From Mustelus asterias (taxonomy: Eukaryota): a stretch of DNA of 64,000 nucleotides. The translations under genes were made by a program, and so were the position numbers. Positions within the stretch are counted from its first letter, which is position 1. Each line of letters starts with the position of its first letter. The notes under the pieces were generated by a model. The model did not search any database, had not been told where the DNA came from, and was given only the letters and a program-made list of their open reading frames with translations. Location: assembly GCF_964213995.1 (NCBI RefSeq), contig NC_135824.1:52824001-52888000 (forward strand), given 5' to 3'. This document shows positions 49,640-61,919 of this stretch, piece by piece.

Positions 49640-50662
49640 GATTAGAGGGGTTTTCACGCCCTGAAAATTTAGTTTAGTTTGTTGATGATCTTTTGTTACA
49701 AACTGAAACTAAATCGGAACATCTCCAGTTGCCAGATGAATTGCCTAACTTGCTCACTAATTTCCATTGTAAAGTTAACCCTAATAAAGCTCAAATCATG
49801 TGGTCTCGTGTGGTTTATTTGGGTACTGTCGTTACTCAAGGTAAACATGAGATTGAACAAAAATGAATTGATTCTATTTTACAATTGCCTCTTCCGAAGG
49901 ATGTTGATGCACTTTGATCTATCCTTGGTTTAGTGGGATACTGCAGAAATCACATTGATGCGTTTGCAACTAAAGCTCCTCCATTGTCAGGGCTACTGTG
50001 CAAAAATGCTTTATGGCTGCAGACTGAGCAGCACACACAGGCAGTATCTGATTTAAAGCGTGCTTCAGCTTCAGCACCAGTATTATTGGTGTCAGATCCT
50101 GACCTCCTGTTTGCATTGGAAGTGGCAACAATCGATTTAACTCTCTCAGCTGTTCTTTTACGGGAAAGATACAACAGACTGGGACCTGTGGCTTACGCCT
50201 CTCAACTCCTTACTCCAGTGGAACAAGGGGTTTACTGTGTGTGAGTGCCATCTTCTCGCGGTGTTTTGGGCTGTACAATTCTTTTCATATAAAACTGGCT
50301 TTCACCCCTCACAATTTTAACAGAACATACACCTCTTCAACTTTTGTCAGATGGCTCTGTTAGTCAAGTTCATTCAGCACGATGGACCCTTTTGTTCCAA
50401 GACAGGGATATTACAGTTAAATGTACCAAAACAGCCACCTTTCTGGCCGATGATCTTCATTATTGGGGTGAGTATCATAAACACCAAGTAGTGGCAGCTA
50501 ATGATCCCAAGAGACCATTTGTGCCAAAACAACTGAGGGAGCGGCGGGGGGGGGGGGGGGGGGGGGGGGCGGGGGGGGGGGACGGCGTTTAGCAGCGCAG
50601 GAAGAAAATGTACAGCAATTATGAGATGCTTTTGTTGACGGGTCTTCAAGGCTGGAGGATGG
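49640..50662 (+). mobile_element. Retroviral-like pol remnant (RT thumb, RNase H-like connection, start of second RNase H)
   Basis: GYCRNHIDAFATKA, SAPVL, PVAYASQLL, HLLAVFWAV, then FVDGSS at ~50631-50648; frameshifted. Confidence 0.75.
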
Positions 50663-51543
50663 TGATGCCGGAGTTTTTTCAGAGACTAAGTAATGCCGAA
50701 ATTTCGGCTAATACAAAGACTCGCGAAGTCAGTATCCTGGTTAAAGACGTATCTTTATTTGACCAACGATCGCTGTGAGAGGTAGCATTGGGCAGTCCAA
50801 CACCTCTCTGAAGAGAAGGCCCTGAGAATTCCAATACCACTCTTAGGTTACAATGCAATCGACGGGTCAATTATACATTTCTCAAGGATTACTTTTCCCA
50901 TCTTTCCGGTTGTAATGAACTCGTACAAATCAATCACTGTCAACAATTGTCATATACTTTAGCCAATTACATTTTATCCTCTGACATCATGGGATTTGAT
51001 TGGTCCATAGAATCCAGATTCTTCTTCCCCCCGTTGCTTCGCAACCCCAGACTCTTAGCTACAAAGGTCAAAGTTACTGTTCCCACCAACCTGTAATTAG
51101 GTCAATGGCCGAACTGGACAGCTAAAGTTCTCACAGCTGAGGTGACTCTTATCAGGGCAGGTTGAACACCCCGATTCATAAAGTGGCTTTGGGAACCATG
51201 TTGTTCCTAACTTTTGCTCATAAGAATGTGGCTCCTCTCAAAATGCCTTTATCCCGTCAGGCTCTACAGTAATCTGCTTTAAGCTAAAGTGTACAGATTG
51301 CTTTTAACATACAGCTGCATACATTTTAAAATCCAAAATACATGCTTAAATCAGAAATACTCGTTCAAATCTCATACTTATTAAAATCTGTCATGGTGGG
51401 TATGTGTGTCTTTATGCAGACAGTACCCCTGTTAGTCTATTAAGTCTGATCTTATGTCAATTCAGTTGGTGCTGTTACTTTATTAGTGCCTGAATTCCTT
51501 GATTATTTGAAATTTCTGTAACGTATTAGGAATTCCTCCAACA
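50663..51543. mobile_element. Solo LTR (881 bp)
   Basis: TG...CA termini with perfect 5-bp target duplication GATGG (50658-50662, 51544-51548). Confidence 0.85.
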
Positions 51544-51876
51544 GATGGTGTCAGACACTGGAACTCTGCGCATGCACAATGGCCCTGAACTGTCAGCCTG
51601 CACTTTGCTGGCCAGCTCAATCGCTGGCCAGCCCAAGACACCCGCAGTGCTGCCCCCTTAAGGCCCAATTGTGGTCCCAACAAGCATTCCCAGGTCAGCT
51701 CAGACCATCCCCCGTCCTGGAGCAGCCCGATCTCCAGCCCCACACTCCCAGCAGTGCCAATACCCCCACGGCAGATCTGCCCACCACACCCACCCCCCCC
51801 CCCCCCACGGGAGGCAGAACCCCAGCACACCACCCCCCTAGACCACCCCGATCGCTGGCCTCCCTCCATCCCCGAT

Positions 51877-53003
51877 CGATCCAGGGATCCAGGGTGTGGT
51901 ATCTAAATGGATACAAAATTGGCTTCTTGACAGAAGCCAGAGGGTGGTTGTAGAGAATTGTTTTTCAAACTGGAGGCCTGCGACCAGCGGTGTGCCTCAG
52001 GGATCAGTGCTGGGTCTACTGTTATTTGTCATTTATATTAACGATTTTGATGAGAATATAGGAGGCATGGTTCGTAAGTTTGAGAGGACACCAAGATTGG
52101 TGGCATAGTGGACAGTGAAGAAAGTTATCTCCAATTGCAACAGGATCTTGATCAATTGGGCCAGCGGGTGATGAATGGCAGATGGAGTTTAATTTAGACA
52201 AATGCGAGGTGATGCATTTTGGTAGATTCAACCAGAGCAGGACTTACTCAGTTAATGGTAGGGCGTTGGGGAGAGTTACAGAACAAAGAGTTCTCGGGGT
52301 ACATGTTCATAGCTCCTTGAAAGTGGAGTCACAGGTGGACAGAGCGGTGAAGAAGGCATTCGGTATGCTTGGTTTCATCGGTCAGAAGATTGAATACAGG
52401 AGTTGGAATGTCTTGTTGCAGTTGCACAAGACATTGGTAAGGTCACACTTGGAATACTGTGTGCAATTCTGGTCATCCTATTATAGAAAGGATATTATTA
52501 AACTAGAAAGAGTGCAGAAACGATTTACTAGGACACTACCGGAACTTGATGGATTGAGTTATAAGGAGAGGCTGGATAGACTGAGACTTTTTTCTCTGGA
52601 GCGTCGGAGGCTGAGGGGTGATCTTAGAGAGATCGATAAAATAATGAGGGGAATAGATTAGCTAGATAGTCAATATCTTTTCCCAAAGGTAGGGGAGTCT
52701 AATACGAGAGGGCATAGGTTTAAGTTGAGAGGGGAGAGATACAAAAGTGTCCAGAGGGGCAATTATTTCACACAGAGGGTGGTGAGTGTCTGGAACGAGC
52801 TGCTAGAGGTAGTAGTAGAGGCGGGTACAATTGTGTCTTTTAAAAAGCATTTAGATAGTTACATGGGTATGATGAGTATAGAGGGATATGGGCCAAATGC
52901 AGGCAATTCGGATTAGCTTCGGGGTTTTTAAAAAAAGGGCGGCATGGACAAGTTGGGCCGAAGGGCCTGTTTCCTTGCTGTAAACCTCTTTGACTCTCTG
53001 ACT
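51877..53003 (+). mobile_element. CR1 LINE 3' fragment inside a GC-rich MITE-like element
   Basis: [23 protein letters not shown] and FTQRVV motifs. Confidence 0.85.
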
Positions 53004-53599
53004 ATGACCCCAATGCTGAATAGCAGCAGGACCCCCCACACTCACTGATCGTCCCATAGGCCCCGCCCCCAGCAGTCCCCTCCCCTTAGGCACCAATCCA
53101 TTGGCACTGCCCGATGCTCGGTGAGCAGCGCCAAGGTGCCCCCGGGCATAGGCACTTTGCCCCTTGGGCAGTGCCAGGAGGCACAGGCTGGCACTGTCAG
53201 GGTGCCCATGCCCAGGGGGCACTATTCCTCTGTCGCCCAACTCCCTGAGAGGCTCAGATTGACCCCCTTCACTCCAGCGGGGTCTCCCGCTAGTTCCCTG
53301 AATGTGGGGAGCTAGTCTGAACCCCACCAGAGTGAAAATGCACTAACGGGGTGGAAGATGCTAGCGGGCCCGGGGGCTTCAGTCCTGCGCAGGATAATGG
53401 CATTTAAATTACATTTAAAATAGATTAAAATCACTTACCTGCTGTTCCCGCCGGTTTCCAGCGTGGTCCCGACCGCGTCGGAGATGCGCGCGCGTCGGGA
53501 ACGCATGCGCGATTCCCGCAAAATGGTCGACATGCGATTCTCCCAGGCCAACGCGCTAAAACAAATAGCGGGTCGGGATGAGAGAATCACCCCGGCTGA

Positions 53600-55470
53600 T
53601 TGAAAACAAATACAGCAAGGGTTATATCCAGCTCCCTATGAGAGAGAGGAGAAATTATAACTGAAAGATGGGGTGATTCATAAAGAGGGACAGTATGTAG
53701 TACCAAAGCAGTGTGGGAATTAAATTTAAATTTACCAACATCACGATGGGCATTGTCACCAACGCATAAGTACTGGATTAGAACGGATTTAGAGATTCTG
53801 TTGGTGGCCTAATCTCAGTGATGATGTGAGGCATTATGTTGAAAACTGTTTGATTTGTGTACAGAACAATTCTGATAGATATGCACAAAAGGGGATGCTA
53901 TGACATACTCGGCCTATAGAAGGACCTTGGACTAATCTTCAAATTGATGACATTGGGCCACTACCGCCATGCAAGGGGGGGGGGGGAGGGGGGTGGCAGT
54001 TACATGCATGTCCTGGTTATCATTGACACCTTTACAAAATGGATTGAGACATTCTCTGTGCGATCTAATACTGCTCAAACTTTGGTGTCACAACAGTGTT
54101 TTACAAGATGGGGATTACCGCGGAGTATAGAATCAGACCAGGGTACACATTTTACTAGGAAGGTAATGCAAATTATTCTGAAAACTGTTTGGAATTATTC
54201 AGAAATTCCACATAGCATATCATCCTCAGTCCAGTGGGATGGTGGAATGAATGAACAGTACCTTAAAGAATATAGTTAACAAGATGGAACATTAGAATAA
54301 TTCTACCTAGGATGTTGGAAGGGATTTTCCAGTCGCACGTGTCCCAAAACCAGAAACTCCCGCCCGAGGTCAACGGACCTTTTCATGGTCCACCCCCTGC
54401 CAGCTACAATTCCCGTGGCGGAAAATGTCCCCGATAGTGTTACTTGTTCTAATGATAATGTAAAACACTAGTTCCACTGGGTGTACACCTCACATGCTAA
54501 TGACTGGGCATCCTAGAGTCATAGAGTCATAGAGTTTTATTGCATGGAAACAGGCCCCTCGGCCCAACGTGTCCATGCTGCCCAGTTTTTACAACTATGC
54601 TAGTCCCAATTGCTTGTGTTTGGCCCATATCCGTCTATACCCATCTTCCCCATGTAACTGTCGAAACGCTTTTCAAAAGGCAAAATTGTACCCGCCTCTA
54701 CTACTACCTCTGGCAGCTCGTTCCAGGCACTCACCACCCTCTGTGTGAAAAAATTGCCCCTTTGGACCCTTTTGTATCTCTCCCCTCTCACTTAAACCTC
54801 TAGCTTTAGACTCCCCTATCTTTGGGGAAAGATGTTCACGATCTACCTCATCTATGCCCCTCATTATTTTATAGACCTCTATCAGATCACCCCTAAGCCT
54901 CCTATGCTACAGGGAAAAATGTCCCAGTCTATCCAGCCTCTCCTTATAACTCAAACTCATCAAATCCCGGTAGCATCCTAGTAAATCTTTTCTGCACTCT
55001 TCCTAGTTTAATAATGTCCTTTCTATAATAAGGTGACCAGAGCTATATACAGTATTCCAAGTGTGGCCTTACCAGTGTCTTGTACAAATTCAACAAGACA
55101 TCCCAACTCATGTATTCAATGTTCTGACCAATGACGCCAAGCATGGTGAATGCCTTCCTCATCACTCTGCCAACCTGTGACTTCACTTTCAAGGAGCTAT
55201 GAATCTGTACCCCTAGATTTCTTTGTTCTCTTTGTCCTATGAGAGGTGTTGAGTATTTGTTGTTAAGTGTCTCAGAACCGGTACTCAAGGCCCTTAATCA
55301 TGAAAAGGTCGTGCAGAAATCGATAGAGGATGTACAGACTGTGCCTATGGCAACAGCTGTTAAGATGGGACAACAGAAACAACAGAGCAAGGCCTATTTT
55401 GATAGCAAAGTAAATCAGTTGAGTATGCTGTCGGGCAGAAAGCGATGCTTCATCTTTGCAATCCTGGTAT
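53600..55470 (+). mobile_element. Retroviral integrase remnant, interrupted by a MITE (~54320-54433) and a CR1 (54515-55235, -)
   Basis: HDGH..H...WWPNL...CLIC zinc finger; GPWTNLQID, IIDTFTKWIE, SDQGTHF, YHPQSSGMVE core motifs. Confidence 0.8.
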
Positions 55471-56034
55471 ATTGGATTTGCTTATTGTACAAATCACCCC
55501 ACTCAACAGCTAAAGAAAGATGATCAAGACTAATAACGAGAAAAGATGTGAAAGAATAAGATATCACCCTGTAAAAATCAAATTGGAATGAGATTTGATC
55601 CACGTAGGAATCCATTAATGGAATTAATAAATAGCAAAAGATCAAATTTAATCATTTAAAAATGATAGGAGGATTGGGAAATGGGCTGTGAGTTATAGTG
55701 ATGTCTGTGGAGCCAGCCCACACTGACAGGAGAGAACACAATGTGAAATATTTGAAACATAGCAGCAGAGTTATTCTGTGGAGCATCAAAGACTCAGACG
55801 ATCGCTCAACGTCAAGGTGGAGAAACCGACGTGGAATGATTAATTCTCAAAATGACGTTCAACGGGGCTTTATTTCACAGTGCGTAACTATCTTTGATTC
55901 TGTAAGTACTCTTTCGTTCTTTTAAGCATTTAATATCTGTTAGCATGTTAAGGCATTCCAGCAAGATTACATGTAGTTTGCTTTGTTGTGCTGAGGGGGA
56001 AGCCAAGGCAAGACTTGCAGGTCTGCTGATGTAG

Positions 56035-56640
56035 GAGGTGGTGGCGGGGAGGGGGGGGGGAGGGGGGGGAGGGCTATGCTACTGTGGTGATGGGGGGAGG
56101 GGGTGGGGGACGCCTATGCTACTGTGGTGATGGGGGGGGGGAGGGGGTGAGAGCTATAATACTGTGGTGATGGGGAGGGGTTGGGGGACGACTATGCTAC
56201 TGTGGTGATGGGGGAAGAGGGGGAGGACTACGCTACTGTGGTGATGGGGGAGGGGAGAATGAACTATTGTGGTGATGGGGAGGGGGTGGGGGAGGAATGA
56301 GCTACAGTCGTGATGAGGGAGGGGGTGGGGGAGCGGGGGGGTGGGTGGGAACTGAGCTATTGTGGTGATGGAGGAGGGGTGACAGGGAGACTCTGCAAAC
56401 AGGGGTGGGGGAGAAGAGAGGGTGGAGTGGGAGACAGTCATCAGGGACGTGGCGGAAGAGCGGGGAGGGCAGAAATGCAATTGGAGATGGGGGGAGTTGA
56501 GGGTCACTCTGCAATTGGGGGAAGGGGGAATGAGAGAGAGAGTGTGTGAGGGCGGCGCACTGGGGAGGGGTTGACAATGTGGGTGAGTGTCTCTGATGTC
56601 CATGGAGTGGGGGGGGGGGGGGGAGGTGTGGCGACTGTGT
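56035..56640. repeat. G-rich degenerate tandem repeat (~35-40 bp, CTATGCTACTGTGGTGATGGGG...)
   Basis: Unit repeated about 8 times with G-runs. Confidence 0.7.
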
Positions 56641-57755
56641 CCACAGCGGGGAACGGTTCTGGCAGGAGAGCTGCTGTTTTGCTGCATTCTGCGCTCGTGC
56701 GCTTTTCGGGCCTCTGATCCAAGCTGCCGGCTTTCAGGTGATTTAAGTTCCGCCCCCTCCCCTACTGGTGAGTAACGGATTGAAGGATTTGTTTTTGCTC
56801 TAAGTGCGTAAGATTCCAGATTTGGACTCCCCAAAAAACAGATCTGAAACTCTTTTGTTTTCACACTCATTCTGGACTGAGAATGTTTTTCATAAGATCG
56901 CCCCTAACATATTTCAAAATAACATTATGCATGGATTAGAATATTCTCCAACTCTTCATTTGTCTTCGGGATATTTCTAATTAGGCTTACTTACTACAGG
57001 TCCTTAAACAGTTCCAACTCAAGTCTTTCACTTTAACTTTTTTTGTGAAAGGTACGGGTGCGTTTAATTCTGTCCCAATTGTTTTGAGATCGGTTTTTCT
57101 ATGGAGTCTGTGTCAGTGCCTTGATCATTTCATGGGGCTTTTTGACTCCACTGGCCCTATTAACCATTTCATGCCATGTTGTTTGTCAAGTAGTGTGCAT
57201 GTCTGAGACCCGTTCTTCAGTGTATAATTGCAAGCAATCCCAAATCCTTGGATGGGCCTATTTTGAACTGGTTTCCTGCATTTTAGCTACTTCACACGTA
57301 ACTCATCTGCACACTTACAGTATCTCAATATCATGCCAGCACCGTCTTGACTCTCAGGCGATCTTATCAAAAGATTTTGAAGTCTTTCCTCTCCATGTGT
57401 GGTCCAAATGCTTCCAGTGGTGGCCAGAGTATCAAATTTTGTTCTCTTAAAAAGAAACATAGACAATGACACAAATATCACCAAGCGAAAGCTATCAGTT
57501 TACTAGCCTTCTCTGTACTTTCCCTTTACTAGAATATACATCAATGCCAGATTGAAATATTCCATGGAATTGAACCCAATATCCTATTTACTGTTTTGAT
57601 TTCCAGTCTCTATCTTCTCCCCTCAATTAATTCTATCTAATTTGATGCATCTCACCAGTTATTATCCAATCACAGTCATGAGATGATATCCCAGGCGCGT
57701 TCTCCCTGTGTCTGTGTGGGTTTCCTTCAGGTACTCCGGATTCCTCCCACAGTCC

Positions 57756-58288
57756 GACCGGGCATCTTTCTTAACGATGGTCATGATGATGGTGTCTCTG
57801 AAATCTCCCGCCATTTTCTCCTCCTTCAAGATATTTGTGCCGTTAGTGCTTTTCTGTCACATTTTAGTGCTTCGACAGGGGATTCCATCTGCTCCTGTTG
57901 CTTATTTGTTCTTTAGCCATCGGATGGCCTGTCCCACCTCCTGCCGTGCAAGGGTTTTGCTGAAATGGTGGCGGATAGCACGTTGCGAATGGAATCAAGG
58001 TGACTTTGCTTTGAAGTGGGAGTCAGTGAAGGAGGAGTTTGAAGTGCTGCTTCCAGCAGGCCTGACTGCCTCTGTGTTGTTGATGAACAGATCTCCGTTC
58101 TTGGCCAGTAGTCAGGTGGCGCCCTGGGTGCTCGGCCATAAGTGGTCTCGACCGTGCTAAAGAAATGTCCGCAGAATCACCAGCACTTTCTCCATCTGTT
58201 CTTTATCGCAGGTTTCCTTTGCTGGAAGTCAGCCACCAGCCGTCTGTGGAGTTGTATCTTTCTCGCTCTCGGGTTGGATTTCTGTTTC
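57756..58288 (-). mobile_element. RTE-clade LINE fragment
   Basis: Minus strand W.QHF..., K.K.ATGADGIP.E, GDFRDTIIMTIVKK-type linker motifs. Confidence 0.6.
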
Positions 58289-58289
58289 A

Positions 58290-58995
58290 AAGAACAACGA
58301 ACAAAGGAAATTAAGCACAGGAACAGGTCCTTCGGCCCTCCAAGCCTGCACCGAAGATGCTGCCCCACTGAACTAAAACCCCCTACCCTTCCGGGAACCA
58401 TATCCCTCCATTCCCATCCTATTCATGGGTTTGTCAAGACACCCCTTAAAAGTCACTATCATATCTGCTTCCATTAACTCCCCCAGCAGCGAGTTCCAGG
58501 CACCCACCACCCTCTGGGTAAAAAACGTGCCTCGTACATCTCGTTTAAACCTTGCCCCTCGCACCTTAAACCTATGCCCCCTAATAATTGAATCTTCCAC
58601 TCTGGGAAAAAGCTTCTGACTATCCACTCTATCCATGTCCCTCATAATCTTGTCGACTTGTATCAGGTTGCCCCTCAACCTCTGTCTTTCCAGTGAGAAC
58701 AAACCAAGTTTCTCCAACCTCTCCTCATAGCTAATGCCCTCCATACTGGGCAACATCCTGGTAAATCTTTTCTGTATCCTCTCCAAAGCCTCCACATCCA
58801 TCTGGTAGTGTGGCGACCAGAATTGAACACTATATCCCAAGTGCAGCCTAACCAAGATTCTATAAAACTGCAACATGACTTGCCAATTTTTAAACTCAGT
58901 GCCCCAGCCGATGAAGGCAAGCATGCCGTATGCCTTATTGAGTACCTTCTCCACCTGCATCGCCACTTTCAGTGACCTGTGTACCTGTACATCCA
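58290..58995 (-). mobile_element. CR1 LINE 3' fragment
   Basis: 207-aa ORF2 C-terminus. Confidence 0.88.
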
Positions 58996-59777
58996 AAGTT
59001 CAGAAAATCCTCGTAGCCTATGAGCTCTCACGCTAAAGGAACCTCACCTGTCCACATTGTCCCTGTCCCTTTAGTCCATAGGGTTCGTTTCTTTAATCGC
59101 AGCCTTAAATTGCAAACTTTACTTGTATACCTAACGTCAAGCTCACTTCCCTCATCAACTTCCTCATAGCTTTGGCAACAATCTCCTTTGGGTTCATCAG
59201 AGACGATTTTTCATTTACATCCGCGTGCTTCTAATTCTTTATAACACCAGTTTTCATAAAGAAAGACGCGTTTGATCCTGAATTGGGGCCTCTCGAAATA
59301 TACTCACAAGAGATTTAATGCTGAATTCCCGACACTTCCAGTGTTCAACCATCTCTGCTTTCCTCAAACAGCTCCTCCCCCACTGCAGTGAGGCGACTTG
59401 TCACGAGCTGTCCCCAGCACACCTTCTAATTCTATCTTTTACTTTCGTTTTATGCTTTTAAAACTGGACTCTAACTCTTTCAAGCTCTCTAATACCGCTC
59501 TATTTACCTTTCTCTACACCCTAGCTATGACGATAAAACAATATTCTGCACCCTCTCCCTTCCTTCCCTCTATGTATTCTATGAACGGTATGCTTTGCCT
59601 GTATGATGAGCAAGAAACAATCCATCTCACTGTATCCCAGTACGTGTGACAATAAATCAAATCAAAAAACAAAACTTCCATATCCAAGAATGTTTGAAAG
59701 ATTATGTACAACCCCTCTGCCATTTCATCATTCATTCCCTCAGTGACCCTCATATATCGTGTTGACTTTACTGTCGT

Positions 59778-60088
59778 AGGGCAGCATGGTGGCACAGTGC
59801 TGAGCACTGCTGCCTCACAGTGCCAGGGACCGGGTTCAATTCTGGTCTCGGGTCACCGTCTGTGTGGCATTTGCACGTTCTCCCCGTGTCTGCGTGGGTT
59901 TCCTTCAGGTGCTCCGGTATCCTCCCACAGTCCAAAGATGTGCGGGTTAGGTTGACCGGCCATTCTAAAATTGACACGAGTGTCAGGGGGATTAGCAGGG
60001 TACAAAGGGTTTGGGATTGTGGTCGGTGCAGACTCGATGGGCCAAATGGCCTCCTTCAGCACTGTAGGGATTCGATGGGATTCTATGA
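59778..60088 (+). mobile_element. HE1-type SINE
   Basis: Head, core and tail type 2. Confidence 0.85.
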
Positions 60089-60345
60089 TTGTGAAATGAA
60101 AAGTGTTGGATTGAAAGGGGTTAACTGAGGCTGTTTGTTCAGTGGCTGTACTTAATGTCAGTCTCTATGGATCTTGATTGTGTCACTGGAGGGTTTCCCT
60201 CATCTATTAAGAGATTCCTTTCAATGTGTTATCCCATAGTCAGAGTCTGTGGGAGCAACAACTCTGACACAACAGAGATCAGTGGCTGCAGAGAGAGGGA
60301 GAGGAGAGATCCAAATCTGAGAACAAAGGTTAGAATGTTGCAACA

Positions 60346-60526
60346 ATGGATCAGAATCTGAGAACAATCGATTGGAATGTTACAACAATGGACAGGGATT
60401 TACCCCAAGGACTTTACTGGCTATTCACATACTATGATGTGCTTTCATTAGCGGACCGGATCTATTATGTACTCTTAGTTATTCAAGCGGGATACTATCC
60501 CATCCTGGCTATTGTTGGTGTCCCTG
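60346..60526 (+). CDS. GPR139/GPR142-like GPCR paralogue B, exon 1
   Basis: MDQNLRTIDWNVTT...YYPILAIVGVP|G, 181 nt, GTAAGT donor at 60527. Confidence 0.88.
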
Positions 60527-60640
60527 GTAAGTCTCAATCTGCACCTATTCATTCTGTAGACCAGGCTGAAATGTATTAATATTATTTCGGGAAGACTGAA
60601 TGCATTGTATTTCGGGAAGACTGAATGCATTGTATCCCCA

Positions 60641-61050
60641 CAGGCAGGCTGTGGGGATTACAAATAGTGTGACATGAACCCAATATCCCTCTGTCACACT
60701 ATTTGTAATCCCCACAGCCTGCCTGGACCTGCAGAGTCTCACTGGCTGTCCTGCCTGGAGACAATACACATCTCTTTAGCCTGTCTTGATGCTCTTTCCA
60801 CTCACATTGTTTGTATCTTAAAGACTTGATTAGCTGTAAGTATTCGCATTCCAACCATTATTCATGTAAATTGAGTTTGTGTCTTTATGTGCCCTGTTTG
60901 TGAACAGAATTCCCACTCACCTGAAGAAGGGGCTTGGGGCTCCGAAAGCTTGTGTGGCTTTTGCTACCAAATAAACCTGTTGGACTTTAACCTGGTGTTG
61001 TTAAACTTCTTACTGTGTTTACCCCAGTCCAACGCTGGCATCTCCATATC
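60641..61050 (+). mobile_element. Penelope-like pLTR with 5' inverted segment
   Basis: Homologous to 25960-26272 and 47650-48006; perfect 34-bp inverted repeat at its 5' end. Confidence 0.8.
60918..60954 (+). ncRNA. Minimal type I hammerhead ribozyme motif with intact core
   Basis: CAC-CUGAAGA-A-GGGGCU-UGG-GGCUCC-GAA-AGCU-U-GUG. Confidence 0.72.
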
Positions 61051-61919
61051 TTCACTCTGTCTCCCGTGTGTTGCTCCACGTTGGATAGGGGGTGGGGGGC
61101 GGGGGGGGCGGGGGGGGGGGGGGAGGGAGGTTTCAGCAGCTTTGACACATGTCTGTGAAACGTGATCTCTGTCCATCCACTGAACGCCCAAATTAGTCAC
61201 TCTCAACTCAACGTGTGTTCAGCAAAACGAGGAGACCCTCTGGTGTCATTCAAAACGGACCACGCATCTAACTCGCAGCTGAGGGGCTTTTGACTTACTT
61301 CTGCCTTTGGGAAGTTAGTGGAGGTGTTGTGGATGGGTTTCTGGGGGTTGTGCTGTGAGCTGCTGTATACTTTCAGGGAGGCCGTGACACATTACTGTGC
61401 TTACATTCAGGGAGGACAGAGGCTTCAGTGCTCCAACTCTGGGGACTGTGGTTACAGTGCGCCAGGGTCTGTGGCATGGCCAACAAATGGAGCAGAGGCT
61501 GCAGAGAGAGGAAGCTCTGCAAGGAGGGAGAAGGAGGGGGTATCTGCCCTGCCTACCATGTGTTTTCCAAGAACATTTTACCACCCAACACCTAACCCAG
61601 GAGTAGAGCTTGAGGCGAGACAGATTCAACAAGAAAATTTCAAAGATGATTTCATTTCTCAACCATTTGTAATGGGTTCTTACTGAACAAACAGATTCCA
61701 GAAGGATGCCTTAACATAAAGTATTTTGTAGAACGATTGAATCCATGCAGTGCAGAAAAAGGCCATTCGGCCCATCCAGTCTGCTGGTGGCGATGCGGGT
61801 CTTCTTGTTTTCCCGGGCTACATTGCGGGCCAGCTTGAGGGTCTCGGCAGCCAGGTACACTGGCTCCCTGGCACCTACCTGCATGGCATACTGGCCACAG
61901 TGTGTGTAGCATGAATGGC

